Source of the DNA: Fimicolochytrium jonesii
Taxonomy: Eukaryota
Direction of reading: 5' to 3'
DNA length: 64,000 nt
NCBI RefSeq assembly: GCF_025526975.1
Contig: NW_026515684.1
Location: forward strand, 310,001-374,000
This document shows positions 34,886-48,860 of this stretch, piece after piece. Position 1 is the stretch's first letter, and each line of letters opens with the position of its first letter. The notes below the pieces were generated by a model. The model was not told where the DNA came from. It made no database searches and saw only the letters and a list, made by a program, of their open reading frames with translations. Made by a program: the position numbers and the translations under genes.

Positions 34886-37800
34886 GGCTTACTTACCTGG
34901 GAGAGCTGTCTGTAGCCCCTCTTGAGACGTAGAGGTAGGTAGCCCTTCAAGACGAGAAGTAGTATACGGACGCTGTCGTCAAGAGATGCGGATTCCCCAC
35001 CCGCTTTTCGATTTTTACGAGCAAACCCCCCTATTTTTTCGAAGTTAAGACCTGACCGCGGAAGCCCTTCACTGCGCTGGTTCTTGCGTACGTGCGACGG
35101 AGTGGGCCGGCCTGTGTTTGCGGGACGGGTGTGCGTTAAGTTTCTTCGTCCTCGAGGTCCGTCAGTCCAAGGGTGCTTTGATTTCCCGAAGCAGGTGGGA
35201 AGGTGGGACTGCAAAGGACACCCGCCCGGAGACCGATCGCTGCCTGATTGTCATAGATGCCTCCATTTTACGCTTGTGCCATTGGTGACGGCGGCACTCA
35301 CCACGCGCCCGTGTCGTGGTACACATACCCACTCGCCCTGCAGCAGCCAAGGATTCGCAGCGCAAGGGCGTTCCGTGTGTGTTTTGCCTCGTGTCCCGTG
35401 CTGCTGTTTTTGGCTGCGGGTCCCACTAAATGGGCTAACGGCTCCTCAACCCCAGCGCTCACATTACACCTGGCTCATGGCTTGTGACTGATGAGAGCCC
35501 TGGCCAGGTTGCCCAAATGAAAGCTTCCGGGACTTCATGTTCAGGGAGCTCCAGGCACTGGTATCGATGCATTGGCAGGTCAGAAGTTCACATGGAGTTC
35601 TCCGCGATCCCCCGCACAATTTTCGCTTCTTCCATCCCACATGCATGTGCACAATGCACATGCACATGCAGCTCGCTTTCATCCGCCCCCACGCGGCACA
35701 TCAGCGATGACCCAGTCGGTGGCATCCGTTGGCCTCAAGGATGGTTGGGTGGGTGTGCCGAAAATGCAACGTCTCTCCGCTCTCCATTAGTGTACTCCCT
35801 GCAGGGTCCATACAACTCACTCTTCCTGTGGTATGGCGTGCTCGAATGCGAGCTTCGACATCAACAGAGCTGCTTGTTCAACATCAACGCAGTACTGGCC
35901 GCCTTGTCCGAACCCATCCATGTCCAGATCCATGTCCAGCTTCGATCGTGCCCACTGCCTTGTCCCTTGGAAGCTGCCACTCTTTCTTCACGTGGGCTTT
36001 CTTCAAGGAGTGATGTGTACGATAATGGGCTTGACGCGTTTCTGCCGAAAGCGCACGAACAAGACGGGGGAAATGAAATCCACATGCCAGAGAGAAAAAC
36101 AGCGCATTGTCACGTGGGGGATCAGCGATTGACGGACTTCGACAGGGTTCGGACTGCACTAGAGAGGGCTTGCATGATTTATGGCAGCCTGCACCTGAGA
36201 CGTGCCAGAGTGTTCAGGTTCGGCGTTCTTCGCATTTCATTTTTAACCCAACGAAGCGGGATGGGAACGCTTGGCAAGATTTCCTCGTCCAGAGCACAAC
36301 GACGTTCATCTGCAGAGGATGCGTATCTTGATGTCCAGGTATGGGCGCGGCTTGATCAGTGGTCTTCCGTGCTGGCAATTAGGAATGTGCACATCGCTGA
36401 TCATATCGGTAGCTGGAGGAACTCGTCCAGCAAGCGTAATTTCAGCAAGTAAGCAGTTCCACCTCATGGTAAAACGTTACCGTAAGTCCCGAACAACACT
36501 TGATCTACAGTCATTGGCGAAAACTCTCACAGCCTTATCCCTTGGTGCAGAGTTGCATCTGATCCGACAGAGATGTAGCAGTCTCGAAGTTCTCTCCAAG
36601 TGTCGTTGAGGTGACCAGACAAAGAAATCTGAACGCAATGCCTCTTCCCAACGAAATAAAACGGCTTTCACCGTCATCCTTCCTCTGCTACCCAAAAACT
36701 TTCAATGGGCGAGAGCGAAAGAGAGCCGGATGCGCGATGTGAGCAACGAGCGCTCGCTCTGTTTCATGGAGGGTTTGAAGGCGGAACGAGAAGCTCGAAA
36801 TTCATGGCTGACAGCCAGCCAGGCTTAGCAAGGCTTTTCGCCGTCGACAGCGAGAATGGGATCCGCCTGAGCGCATCAGTTTCGGGCAGCGACGAGCGAG
36901 GATATGGGATTGGAGGATAGCCTTTAGCGAGCAAGGGCATTGCATGCACTGGCCAGCGAACCCCACCCCAGTAACAACCTCACACTTGCAAAGCGGATCT
37001 GGCCCCGTCGGGGATGGCAGGGGGATTGGCAAAGGGGATGACGAGTCGGAGGACGAAGAGTCGGAGGACGACGACCAGATGTCGTAACAATTCTAATTGC
37101 TGCTGACATGGCGGAACGACCGAACGCTGCTGATACGGCGGAACTGTTCTTGCCCAATCTTCACCACGCTATTACGGCGGAGGTGACAACTCATGCTGGA
37201 AAGTCTCTTAAGAGTTCGAAGAGCGGCGTATGATCTAACCAGGCCGACCGCGGCAGGCTTAGTTGTAGCGCGACGCCGCGTTTATTTGGATGCGGTTAGC
37301 GAGTATATATATCCTCCTCGATTGAGAATCGCATTCACCGGATGGCACCGGGAGAGCGTATGGGAACGAGACGCGGGGTTATGTTTTTCGTGCACCCCGG
37401 CCCCACCCATAGCAATTGCATCTCTGTTTTGTTCTCATCAGCGATAGCAGATGGTGCTAAGTTCGCTCGAGAACCGGATACCTGACTTCCTTGTTGTGAA
37501 CTCCCGTCCACGTCCGACAGCGATTCGGTGTCGTCGGGAAGCGACGAGGTCGCCAACTTTGCAGAGGATTGGTCTTCTTCTTTCTTCATGTTGCCGTGGG
37601 CGCGGCGGTGACCGAGGCCGACAAGCAAGGAATTGTTATGGGTTGGTCGGAGTCGTTGGTCTCAGAACATCATGTGCGTAAAGGCTCGGAAGAGCCAGTA
37701 CGAGTGAAGTCTTTGGCAAATTGCCAACAGTAAAACGCTCTTCCCACCACTTGTCAGGTTTAAGCATTGTCGGAGAACTCTTTCGAAGTGTCGTCGCAAA

Positions 37801-38026
37801 TGATAGAAGCGGGCGACAATTGGAAGTTTCGCTGGTGAGTGCAAAAGTAGGGAACATAACTTCACCGAAACTACGGCGATAGGATATATGGTCTCGTACG
37901 ATATATTAATGTCCATTGATGAACAAGGAGGCTCTCGTACATATACAAATGATGCTATCTACACATGGGGATACCAGCTACCCAAGCGGAGTCAATCAAC
38001 TGTGCTCACGAGTGAGAGGTGCGGAT

Positions 38027-40472
38027 CTATTCCGCAGGGGCGTCAGGAACCTTCCACAACTCGGGGTTGACACACCAGTAGTCGTAGTAGCCGAGCTCGG
38101 GGTTCGGGTTGCCCTTCCACACCGGGAAGAAGACGGAGAATGAAAGGAAAGCAATGACGACAGTGGCGATGGCGTTGCCGGTGTCGAGACCAGCACCCAG
38201 GATGTAGTTGTACCTAAAGGAAAGAAGTTTCGGGTCAATACTCGGAACACAGACCAACAGCCGCGAAAACATGTGAAAAAGAGAATACGTACTTGGACCA
38301 CCACTCGTACTTGTTGCGGTACAAGTAGAACTGGAAGATGTAACCGGTGATAATGGTCATCCAGAAGTAGTTGTTTTGCAGACCGGCACCCCATGTTCCG
38401 TAGGACATGGAGATGACCGGGAAGTTCATGTACACCCAAAACTTCGATGGCCACCTCTTGTTCGCCCAGTATGGAAGGAAAGGCAAGATCATGCCGAGAG
38501 GGAAAGCCCAGTAAGCGTGGGCCAAAGGACCGGAGAAGAATCGCTTGGGCGCAATGGCTCCCCAGATGGCACCGGCGTTGAAGAAGAGCGAGTAACCTTG
38601 CGCCATCCAGTTGTTGTTGTGCAGGATGCGGGTCTTCCAGGCGTCCATGATCCAGAAAGTGACACCGGTTCCGAGGAAGGCTTGGATAAGGGTACCCCAG
38701 AGCTGGGAGATCAACATGTACCATGGGGCAATGTGGAGGTAGTGACCAAGCTTGAGGGCAGCCAACAAGGACATCGCCTGAATCATGACATTGTAACCGA
38801 AGGACTTAAAGCAAATGACGGTAACGACTTCACCGGGGAGGATGAGCCCGATGACGAACTCGGTGACGACGTTGAGACCGATCTGAAGACCAGTGAGGGC
38901 TTGAATGATACCGATGGGAATCATGAAGAGGGCGGCGATTCCGGTGGCGAGGAACACGGACCACCAGGGCATCCTGAAGTCGGTGAACTCCCCGACGAAG
39001 ATCATACCGACGAAGAAGACGCCGAGAATGGTGAAGTACACCCAGTCGGGAACTTCACTGTAGTTCCGCATGATACGGTTGTGGACGTCGTTGCCTTGGC
39101 GACCGTCACCCTTGAGCATGGCGCGGGTGTGCTTGACAAGTTCATCTCCGTGCCACAGGTAGATGTGGGAGAGAAGCGCGGTCAAGTTGAAGAACGACAT
39201 GACGTAGTTCATAAGGAAGTAAGGGGAGATACGGAAGGGACCCTTCTCGGCGACGAAGGTCTCGTTGGTGCGGAAACCTTCCATGTAGAGTTTCTTCTTG
39301 CTGACGTACATGCCATCCTTGTCGTAGAGGCCTCCGGTGTTGAAGTCGGGGAACACGAAGTCACCGTCGACATAGGTTTCGGACGTGAGGTGACCGGCGT
39401 GCTCATAGGGCTCAGTGTAGAAGATAATGAGGGGGAGAATCCAGCTGAAGATGACGGTACCGATGGACATGAGGACGGTGACGAAGAACGGAGTAGTCAT
39501 CCAGGTGGAGGTGATGTATTGCCAGTCGAAAGCGAATGTCAGGAAACCGAGACCGTTAGACGCGGAACCGAACATGCGAGCATAGGAGTCCCGCGGTGCA
39601 ATCCAGCAAAGGATTGAGACGACTTGGAGAACGGGCATGATGTACAGCGGGATCCACTCGTAAACGAAGATGCAGATAACAGCGATCCAGAAGAACTTGT
39701 AACGGGTCATGCGGTACTTGCCACCCTCAGCGGCGGCCTCCTCCGAGGTCTGGTGGAAACTCATGAACAGAGCCAGCTGTGACAAGTTTCCGGGCCAGAT
39801 CATCTCACGAGGCCAGATAATGAACCGACGGCAAAGACCGGCGAAACCGAAACCCATGAACTGGGAGCAGATAATCCAGGCGAGAGCAGGAAGGAACTTG
39901 ATGTCCTGCCCGCCGATAAGCTTCTGTGCGACGACGTTGTCCATGCCGTATGGGATACCACCACCACCACCACCGGCAGCGGAAGCGATCATGGAGACAA
40001 GGACGTGCTCCTTGACGGTGAAGGGTCCGGGGTTGAGGTTCAAGCCGAAGACCTTGGTGTGGGGGAGGGCCTTGGCCATGAAGACACCGAGAGGGTAGGA
40101 GAGGAGAACGGCGACGGTGGGGGGGATGATGAGTTGAGTGGTCTTGAAAGCGAAGATGTTGTTGCAAGCGCACAAGATGCAACCGAAGATTGTTCCCAAG
40201 AACATCGCACGGAACGACATTTGCGGGGCGTTGGGGTCATCGGTGAGTGGCACGACGGAGTTGATCTTCCTGGCGATTTCATCGAACTCCTCGTCGACCT
40301 CGCCGGCCTCGACGATGTCTCCTTGCTTGTAGTTCTCGAAGTCCTTCTTCTCGTCGAAGGCCTTCTCGTCGAGGGTTGCGGAGCTGTCGTGGTGGTGAAT
40401 GGGCTTCTGGTCGCCGGCGGGCTGAACCGTGACTTGTTCGGCCTCCTGGTTGACGGCGTGAGCGTCGCTCAT
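38027..40472 (-). CDS. OPT-family oligopeptide transporter, 2 exons
   Basis: TDDP..SFRAMFLG, LNPGPFTVKEHVL, DVHNRIMRNYSEVPDW, GLNVVTEF, KLGHYLHIAP, WWSK|YNYILGAGLDTG. Confidence 0.95.
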
Positions 40473-42282
40473 TTTGGCAAATGAACCAACCGAGGCGACA
40501 AGTGGGAAATAGGGTAGTGAACGAGCCTGGGGAGGGAATGGTGGACAAGTCCACCCGGGCTTTATATATGCCGTTCGGGGCAGCGGTCTTCCAGAGGGCG
40601 TTCTTCCACAGGGCGACCGGAATGCTCCCAGTGCGGAACAGAGCGATGCGAGATAAGCCTTGTGATTTGGAATTGGGGACGAACCCTGTGTCAGGGGCCG
40701 CTGAGGCCGGTCTCTCGTGATTGTCCTCCATTCATCCATGCCTTCGTTATTGCGCACAACTCATGATGCGAAGCGTGTCGGCGGATCTTGGGATAATCAG
40801 GAGCCGCTAACCCCAAACGCTATCTGGGAGCAGTTTTTTCCAGTGGAGAAAAAAAGCGCTCGACTGACAGCGAAAAATTGCGGGCTGTGTGTGACCACCG
40901 CCCCCCCCCCGGTACAATTAATAGGTAAAGCAGCACACCGGTAGTCTCACACAAAACACCCGGAACCCCTGGCAGCAGGCGAAAATTGATCACTCTCCAA
41001 TCATGGGCGCACCGCCATGGATCTCGCTTACCATAAGCCAGACAGCGCCTGTCCTATTGAGCAGTGAGCATTAGATGTCCGTAGGTGTTGGCTATTGTGA
41101 CACGGTCATGTACCCAATTTCAGGTACTGCTGGAATTCGCTAAGCGGCACACCGGATAGGCCCACCGGAATTTGGCGGTTGTGGAACTTCCATGGCAGGC
41201 TGAGATAAGGGCAAAAGCCACAACGCTCGTTGTTCGACTGGAACGTTAATTGTGTTTATGTAAGGTTATATTGCATTGCGGCCTCATAACGTTGTAACAG
41301 ATGGACTTTTACTATATCTTAATCTGTTGAACAACCTCGGAAAAAATGACCCTCATTGTTGGCACGAGATCCGGGATACGAGTATCGTATCTGTGCAACG
41401 ACACCACAGTGGATCTGGAGCGCCGTATGGGGCTGAAAGATGGCTCACGCCGCTTCCCGCGAGCTCAATCGAGCTGAAAGCTCCTCGTCAGCAGGGCGAC
41501 GCCCAGAGTGCCTACAACGGCGTGACGGCGCAGTCTGTGATCGGGAGAGGCCCCAACTCCGGCCCCAAACGCACACCAGTGACCAGTGAGCAGCGTGCCA
41601 CACCGTGCCTCCGCCTCGGGATAGGATCTGTCTGAGCTGGACTCTGGACAGATCTCGGCTGTTACTGTACCACGTTTACCCTTCCGAGCTCGCAGGTTGA
41701 TCGGCGTGAAGTGTATGGAAAGGAAAGGTCTCGCGAGCGAAATTTCTGCAACGCGCCATCAAATAATCGACATTCCGGGCCTCAAATTCCAAGCATTGGA
41801 CCAAAGCCATGGGCGAAGTGGAAGAGACATCCTCTCTACAGTGTACGCTGGCTAGTAGCTACTGCTCACAGCGGCGGCTGAATTCTGATGAACCCCAAAT
41901 GCAATAAATGTCCTGCAACGCACACACGCGCCCTTTGTACGCCAGTAACGATCTATGAAGGTGCCTCTTCAGCTTCAATAGAGGTCAAGAGACTCATCAG
42001 AGGCCACCGAACGACGTTTCCAAAAAAAAAAAGGTCGCATAAAGATGTTCGATTGGGCTGATGGATCGCCAGGTCCCTTCGGCTTCCCGAACTCGGGGCG
42101 GCAAGATCCCTGTGAGAGCATCTGCCATCAACTGGCAGAGGCGGCGTCGCATCTGGAGACACTATAGAATGAACAAAACACAGCCTCCATGTACAGGAAG
42201 GTGCTCTGGTGAGGCCCGCTCGTCGAATGTGGGGTTTGTGGGGGTTGTGGAGCCTGCAGCTGCGGCCGCTGTCAAATGACAA

Positions 42283-42676
42283 TGAACTCCGCGGGCACAA
42301 ACTCCGCTCTTATTGCAACTTTCCTACACCGTGACTGTACATTACAGTCTACAGTACAATGAGAAAAAAGCCGCCAAAATCCACAGTAGAGACACTGATG
42401 GCAATAAACATGCCGTTTCGTTCATGCCTCAGAATGCAGCGGCGTGACTCTACATACAGGAAAGGGACGTCAAAACTATGTGTGATGCATGTCAGAATCG
42501 AAACCTCCGAAAATGAAGGCATGGCCATGAGGACGCCGTTGCATTCTAAGTTATGAACGAAACGGCATGTTCATTGCCATTAGTGTCTCTACTGTGGATT
42601 TTGGCGGCTTTTTTCTGTGCACGTCCTCCGCACCAAAAGACCTTACTGAGAGCGAGTTCATGACCCGCGGAGTTCA
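42283..42676. mobile_element. Nested foldback/MITE-like element
   Basis: 84-bp arms 42362-42445 / 42533-42616 (78/84 identical); outer arms 42283-42310 / 42649-42676 (tgaactccgcggg..aactc(c)gctct). Confidence 0.8.
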
Positions 42677-43472
42677 CGAACATCCTCATCAGTCGGATTG
42701 AACAACGGACAGACTCGGAATTGGCTTATTTGACGGGGTCGCGGTTGTTGGGTGGAATCTGGTGAACCCTTCTTCAGTTTGAACCTCTAGACTGGCGAAA
42801 CCCTGCTGGCGAACACCGCCCGCGGGCAACCTGCGAGGACCCTGGAGCGTTTCAGATTCATCTGCGAGTAGTTAAGGAGGGCGAATATCAGGGCTTCCTC
42901 GTTCCTCACCAAGCACACTCTTCCTTTCAACATAATCACCGCATCCAGCAGGCATCTTGAAGTTCACAAGCCGTTCTAACTGCCCTCGTCGCTGCCCTTC
43001 AGCTCGTCGCAGCTGCTCCCACCGGCAAATCCTGAAATCAACGACGCCGGCGCCGCCGCCGTCCCCGCGCCCGTGCATGATGTGCTGCCCCCCTTGATGC
43101 CCAACCCATCTGCGTCCCCAATCAGTTTTATATCCACGTCCCGCAAAGTGAGTGAGTTAGTACCGGCGGCTCCTTCTCTGCGTTCAAAAAGGACAATCAT
43201 CCGTCAAAAGGGTTGTAGCGGATTACACAAGTTGCCCTTTGGCGAGATACCACGGAAACGGCACTGCACTGCCTAGTTGAGAGATGTACACAGAAAGAAA
43301 ATTGACCGGCTGTTTGCACTGCTTGCCAAAGTTCAACATCTGAGCAGTTGGGCTAAAGGCCACGACCGGCAGGAAAAGATGTGATTAACAATGGAAATAA
43401 CTCCCTGCTTCCGGAGCTACACTATAATATGTACAATGGCCCTCTACGGTAGAACCTCACACCCATCCCCCG

Positions 43473-45878
43473 CTATCCCTTCCTCCCCTTCCCCTTCTTC
43501 CTCCCGGTCGGCGGCACCGGCGGGGGCGCAACACCCACCACCGACGCCCCCATCACCTCCCCCATGCCGCTGTTTTCCACCTGGCTCCTCATATCCAAAA
43601 ACGCCATCAGATCCCTCACCTGCTCCCTCAACTCCCCTGCCTCGCCTTCCTTCTCCTCCAACGCTTGATCCCGCAGGGCTAGCTTCGCCTGGTACGCGGC
43701 CTGGTTCTCCAGCAGCGACGCGCTGACGGCTTTTTCTTCGCGGGCTTCTTTTTCGGACGCGAGTGCGCGGGTGAGCAGTTTGGCGAGTCGGGTTTGCAAC
43801 GCGCGGTTATCCTTCTCCACGCGCGATAGTTGTTCCGAGATCTGTTCCGCGGTGGTCACGGCCACGTCGCGGTCCTTTTGAGCCTGTGTGAGCGCAGCCA
43901 TGACGGCGGCTATCTGGTCCATGAGGGAGGACTCGAGTTTGGTGAGCTGTTGCTGGTACCATGTGCGTTGGGATTCGAGCTGGGAGGTGAGGAGGTAGGT
44001 GTATTCGAGGCCGATGGATTCCATTTTTTCGGCCGTGATTCCATTTTCGGCGGTGAGTCCATTTTTTCGGTTGCCTGGTTCGCCTGGGCCGCCTGCCCCG
44101 AAACCGCCGCCGCCGCCGTTGCTGCGGAAGGACATCCCGTCGGTGGACAGGGAGTTCATCTCGTACCCGCCGGAGGTATCGGTGCCGTCAATGCGGCCCG
44201 GGCGCGACGGTGCGGGCAACTCGACCAGTTTGCCATCCGTGCGGTTCTGAATCAATCGATGGACGTACCCATCCCCCGCATAATCCCACACCCGCTGCGT
44301 CTCCAACTCCAAAGCATACAGGTGCTGCGTATCCGTGAAATGCTCCTGCGCATGGCCCTCCTGATACCTCCCACACCCAATATTCCCACAAATCAGGCAG
44401 ATCCACAGGTTATCCGTCGACCCGCAGTCCATGCACTCGTTCGACATGTCGTCCTCGGGATCCTGGCCCGCGGCCGAGAAGCGGGAGGAGTAGCGACAGA
44501 CGGGGCAGGACGAGTCGCCCCATTTGGCGAGACAGTGGCAGTGGAAGGTGTGGTGGCAGACGATGGTCAGCAGGCCGCTGACTGAGGCGTCCATTCTGTC
44601 CAGACAGACGGGGCAGGTTGGGAGTTCGAGGAGGCCGGGTCCGACAGGCGATTTGGATGATCGGAGTGGGGAGTGCTCGTCAGGCGTTTCCTCTGGAGCC
44701 ATTGACATGCCGCCCGGAGCCTGTTTCGTTGATGCGTCTGAACCGATAGTAAGCCGGTTAGGTAAGAACAAAGTACTTGGATCGTTGGGCATAGGTGGAA
44801 ACGCGTACGGGGGAATAGCATGCGACTTGAACTCGACCGATTTGATGTAAACGACATGACACGTCTCCGGTTCCAGCGAGCTATACTCCCTCCCGTTATA
44901 TTCCTGCACAAACACGTCGGCGGCTTCGCGGGATCTGAACTTGATGAGAACCATGTATCGGTTTGGTAGCGAGTCGCGCACGATCCGCAGATGCGACATC
45001 TCGTCGCGCATGGAGCCGATGAAGGTGAGGAAGTCCTGCGCGCTCATGTAGGCTGGGACGGCGAGCACGCAGAGGATTGTGCCCGTCCCGCGCGCAGAAT
45101 CAATTTCCTCCGAAGACGGCTGGCCATCTACATCTGGGTCCCGATGTGTCGCAGATTCCTCCAAGATACTCTCAACCTCATTCCGATCCCGATACAAATG
45201 CAAGATTCCCGCATTCAGCTCCGTCTTGCCATGCCTGAAGGGTATATACGCCCCACTAGTCGGCACCGTTCTCGGCTTTTGCCTCTTCTTGGATGATTTC
45301 GTCCGCTGTCTCCTAGGCACCTCCATCTCCTCATTCATCTCCCCGTGCTCCAGATGCGGGTCAGCGCTCTTCGACCTCGATCCCCGCCGGTCTCTGACTC
45401 CCTCAAAGTCAACAGTCGGCCGCCGCTCATCCGCCGAGCATGTTCCCCTCTCATCGACTGTTTCGCTCGGATCCAGCATATCGAACCACTCAATCGCCAA
45501 ATCTCCTATCCTCCAATCGGTGCCTCGCGATCGAGCGGGCCCTTTTCGGTATAACTCGGGTGTATTCCGCGGACTCGACGCAACACCGCTGTTCTCCACA
45601 GTCCGGCTGAGCCTTGCTCCCTCAGCTTTCTGTTTCTTCCTCGCCGCTTTTCTGTCTTTCCGGATATGCTGCTTGTCGACGGTCCCGATGCGGTAGCTGG
45701 TGAGGAGGTTGGGGGCAAAGATGTCGTCGGGGTAGGGCAGTAGGGCGTAGTCGTGCTCTGGCGTGTAGGAGCTCTGGGTGAGATCGCTGGTTTGGCGGAA
45801 GCCGAGCTTTTGGGATCGGCTTGTGGCGGAATGTGATTGTGGGAGGAAGACTTCGAAACAGAGATGGTACCAATGCAT
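43473..45878 (-). CDS. ETP1: BRAP2/ETP1 RING and zf-UBP ubiquitin ligase
   Basis: PNRYMVLIKF, ELPTCPVCLDRMD..CHHTFHCHCLAKW..CPVCRY, LWICLICGNIGCGRY, QRVWDYAGDGYVHRL and a coiled coil. Confidence 0.95.
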   Translation of the reverse strand: MHWYHLCFEVFLPQSHSATSRSQKLGFRQTSDLTQSSYTPEHDYALLPYPDDIFAPNLLTSYRIGTVDKQHIRKDRKAARKKQKAEGARLSRTVENSGVASSPRNTPELYRKGPARSRGTDWRIGDLAIEWFDMLDPSETVDERGTCSADERRPTVDFEGVRDRRGSRSKSADPHLEHGEMNEEMEVPRRQRTKSSKKRQKPRTVPTSGAYIPFRHGKTELNAGILHLYRDRNEVESILEESATHRDPDVDGQPSSEEIDSARGTGTILCVLAVPAYMSAQDFLTFIGSMRDEMSHLRIVRDSLPNRYMVLIKFRSREAADVFVQEYNGREYSSLEPETCHVVYIKSVEFKSHAIPPYAFPPMPNDPSTLFLPNRLTIGSDASTKQAPGGMSMAPEETPDEHSPLRSSKSPVGPGLLELPTCPVCLDRMDASVSGLLTIVCHHTFHCHCLAKWGDSSCPVCRYSSRFSAAGQDPEDDMSNECMDCGSTDNLWICLICGNIGCGRYQEGHAQEHFTDTQHLYALELETQRVWDYAGDGYVHRLIQNRTDGKLVELPAPSRPGRIDGTDTSGGYEMNSLSTDGMSFRSNGGGGGFGAGGPGEPGNRKNGLTAENGITAEKMESIGLEYTYLLTSQLESQRTWYQQQLTKLESSLMDQIAAVMAALTQAQKDRDVAVTTAEQISEQLSRVEKDNRALQTRLAKLLTRALASEKEAREEKAVSASLLENQAAYQAKLALRDQALEEKEGEAGELREQVRDLMAFLDMRSQVENSGMGEVMGASVVGVAPPPVPPTGRKKGKGRKG

Positions 45879-46218
45879 TTGTTCAAAGGAGGTGAAGTGC
45901 GCTTATTTCCTGGGTATGTATGTATGAGGTTTGCTTCGTGGGAATGGTCTCGGTCACCGTGAGGTTTCAGAGATTGCGGTAGGAGCTGGGAATCTTGCTG
46001 GGTCACAACCTCACGCCTACCTCTCCTACCTAGTACCCACGCGATACTCGTGCCAAGGTCAACCTCGTATTATGCGGAAGTGCGAAAGCCATGTTCTATC
46101 GAACGTTACAGAAGGCGACATGGTGGGTTTTGAGGAAGACATGACACAGACATGATAGGACTTCGAATGTCATGATAAAACAAGCTGCTACACCGTCAAT
46201 GTTCTATCTCCCTCCCAC

Positions 46219-47544
<1,326 letters not shown>

Positions 47545-47989
47545 TCAACTGAGACGGCCTCTTATTACTGTGGGTGGGAGATAGCTTATCTGTGGGAGGT
47601 TGGGAGGGAGGGGGGAGGGGGTTGAAGGTGGAAAGGTGGAACGGGTGGGATGTTTGCTGCGTCCGTCCGTCGTCCGCCGCGTGACCTCAACTCACTCGCT
47701 CAACTCAACTCAGAAGTGACAAATGGGCCGATCGCTCCGTTGATTTCGACACCGCCGCGGCGCAACGCAGGCGGGGATCGACACATGCATGGGGTGGTCG
47801 GAACTTTTGACCTTCTTTCCCTTTGCAGGAGGCCATCTTGCGAAATACACGGGGGCCAATCGACACCACGTCGAGCGAGAGACATTCCGGGGAACCGGTG
47901 CATCGTTCTATCCATGCCCAGTTCTGGATCTGGAGAGCCGAACAATTCTTCTCGAGTCAACTCAACCTCCGAGAAACCCATTCCATCCC

Positions 47990-48780
47990 CAATCTGGACC
48001 AAGAGACATCGCGACGACCTCCTCCGTGAGGGCGAACGGCTCTTCAAATGCCCGACCCAACACCGGTTTACAAGCCTAACACACTGTGGTATGTTCATCC
48101 ACATCTCCTGGTTTGAGAGGTGTTTGGTGACCGAGGAAATCCAGCACAATCGATCCAAAACACTTGCGCGTACTGTACGTAGCTACATCCGTCTGGACCA
48201 ATATAAGCACGAACGTGAAAATGCATCTCGTCGACCATATGCGGTTATACATTCACTGGCCACTAGCCGACAAGAAGTTGAAGATGATTCAAAGCACTCG
48301 GTACACATCGTCGGCGACGCGCTTGAATGTGAAGACGACGGTGGACTGGCGGAGGGAGGGAGCGATATACAGTGGAGGAAGGGAGCGATACAGTGGTCTG
48401 CGCGAGATACCGACTCAGCGCTTCTATCAGTGTACTCGCAGGTTGGGAGCCACTGTCACCATTTCACTCGGCGCTCTTGCTGTTTGCCGCCGCCGCCGCC
48501 ATGTGCTCCCGGCTCACAGGCCCGGTAACGTTTCACCAACACCACCATCCCACCATCCCACATCCAACCAATCATCCAATAAGGCACTGCGTCTAGTAGG
48601 GGATCAACAACTCACTCGGCGAGACGGAGGAGGACCTGGTCGACGCTCGGCGCTCTCCACAGTCCGATCTGCGGAACGCCTCAACCCCGTCCGCCGTGCT
48701 CACACCTCGGACCTATCTCACAATTAAGCAGTCTGGCCTCATCGCTATTGTAGCGGACGAACGCTGCCGTAGGGGGAGCT
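47990..48780 (+). pseudogene. Degenerate Fanzor-like fragment (N-terminal half only)
   Basis: 48176-48265 translates YVATSVWTNISTNVKMHLVDHMRLYIHWPL, 11/30 identical without gaps to YTATSIFTNLKVNVQEHFMQMFLRYVNERL (11023-11112); outer bounds approximate. Confidence 0.55.
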
Positions 48781-48860
48781 CGCGATGTGGTCAGTCAGTC
48801 CCGGGTGGTATGCCGCTCAGACTGCCGAGCCGAGCGGACCCGAGCAGCAGTCCGTCAGGT

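Noticed and set aside
35484..36452. 322-aa + strand ORF
   Set aside because: No motifs and a Cys/Ser/Arg-rich random-like composition; lies in the long areA upstream region
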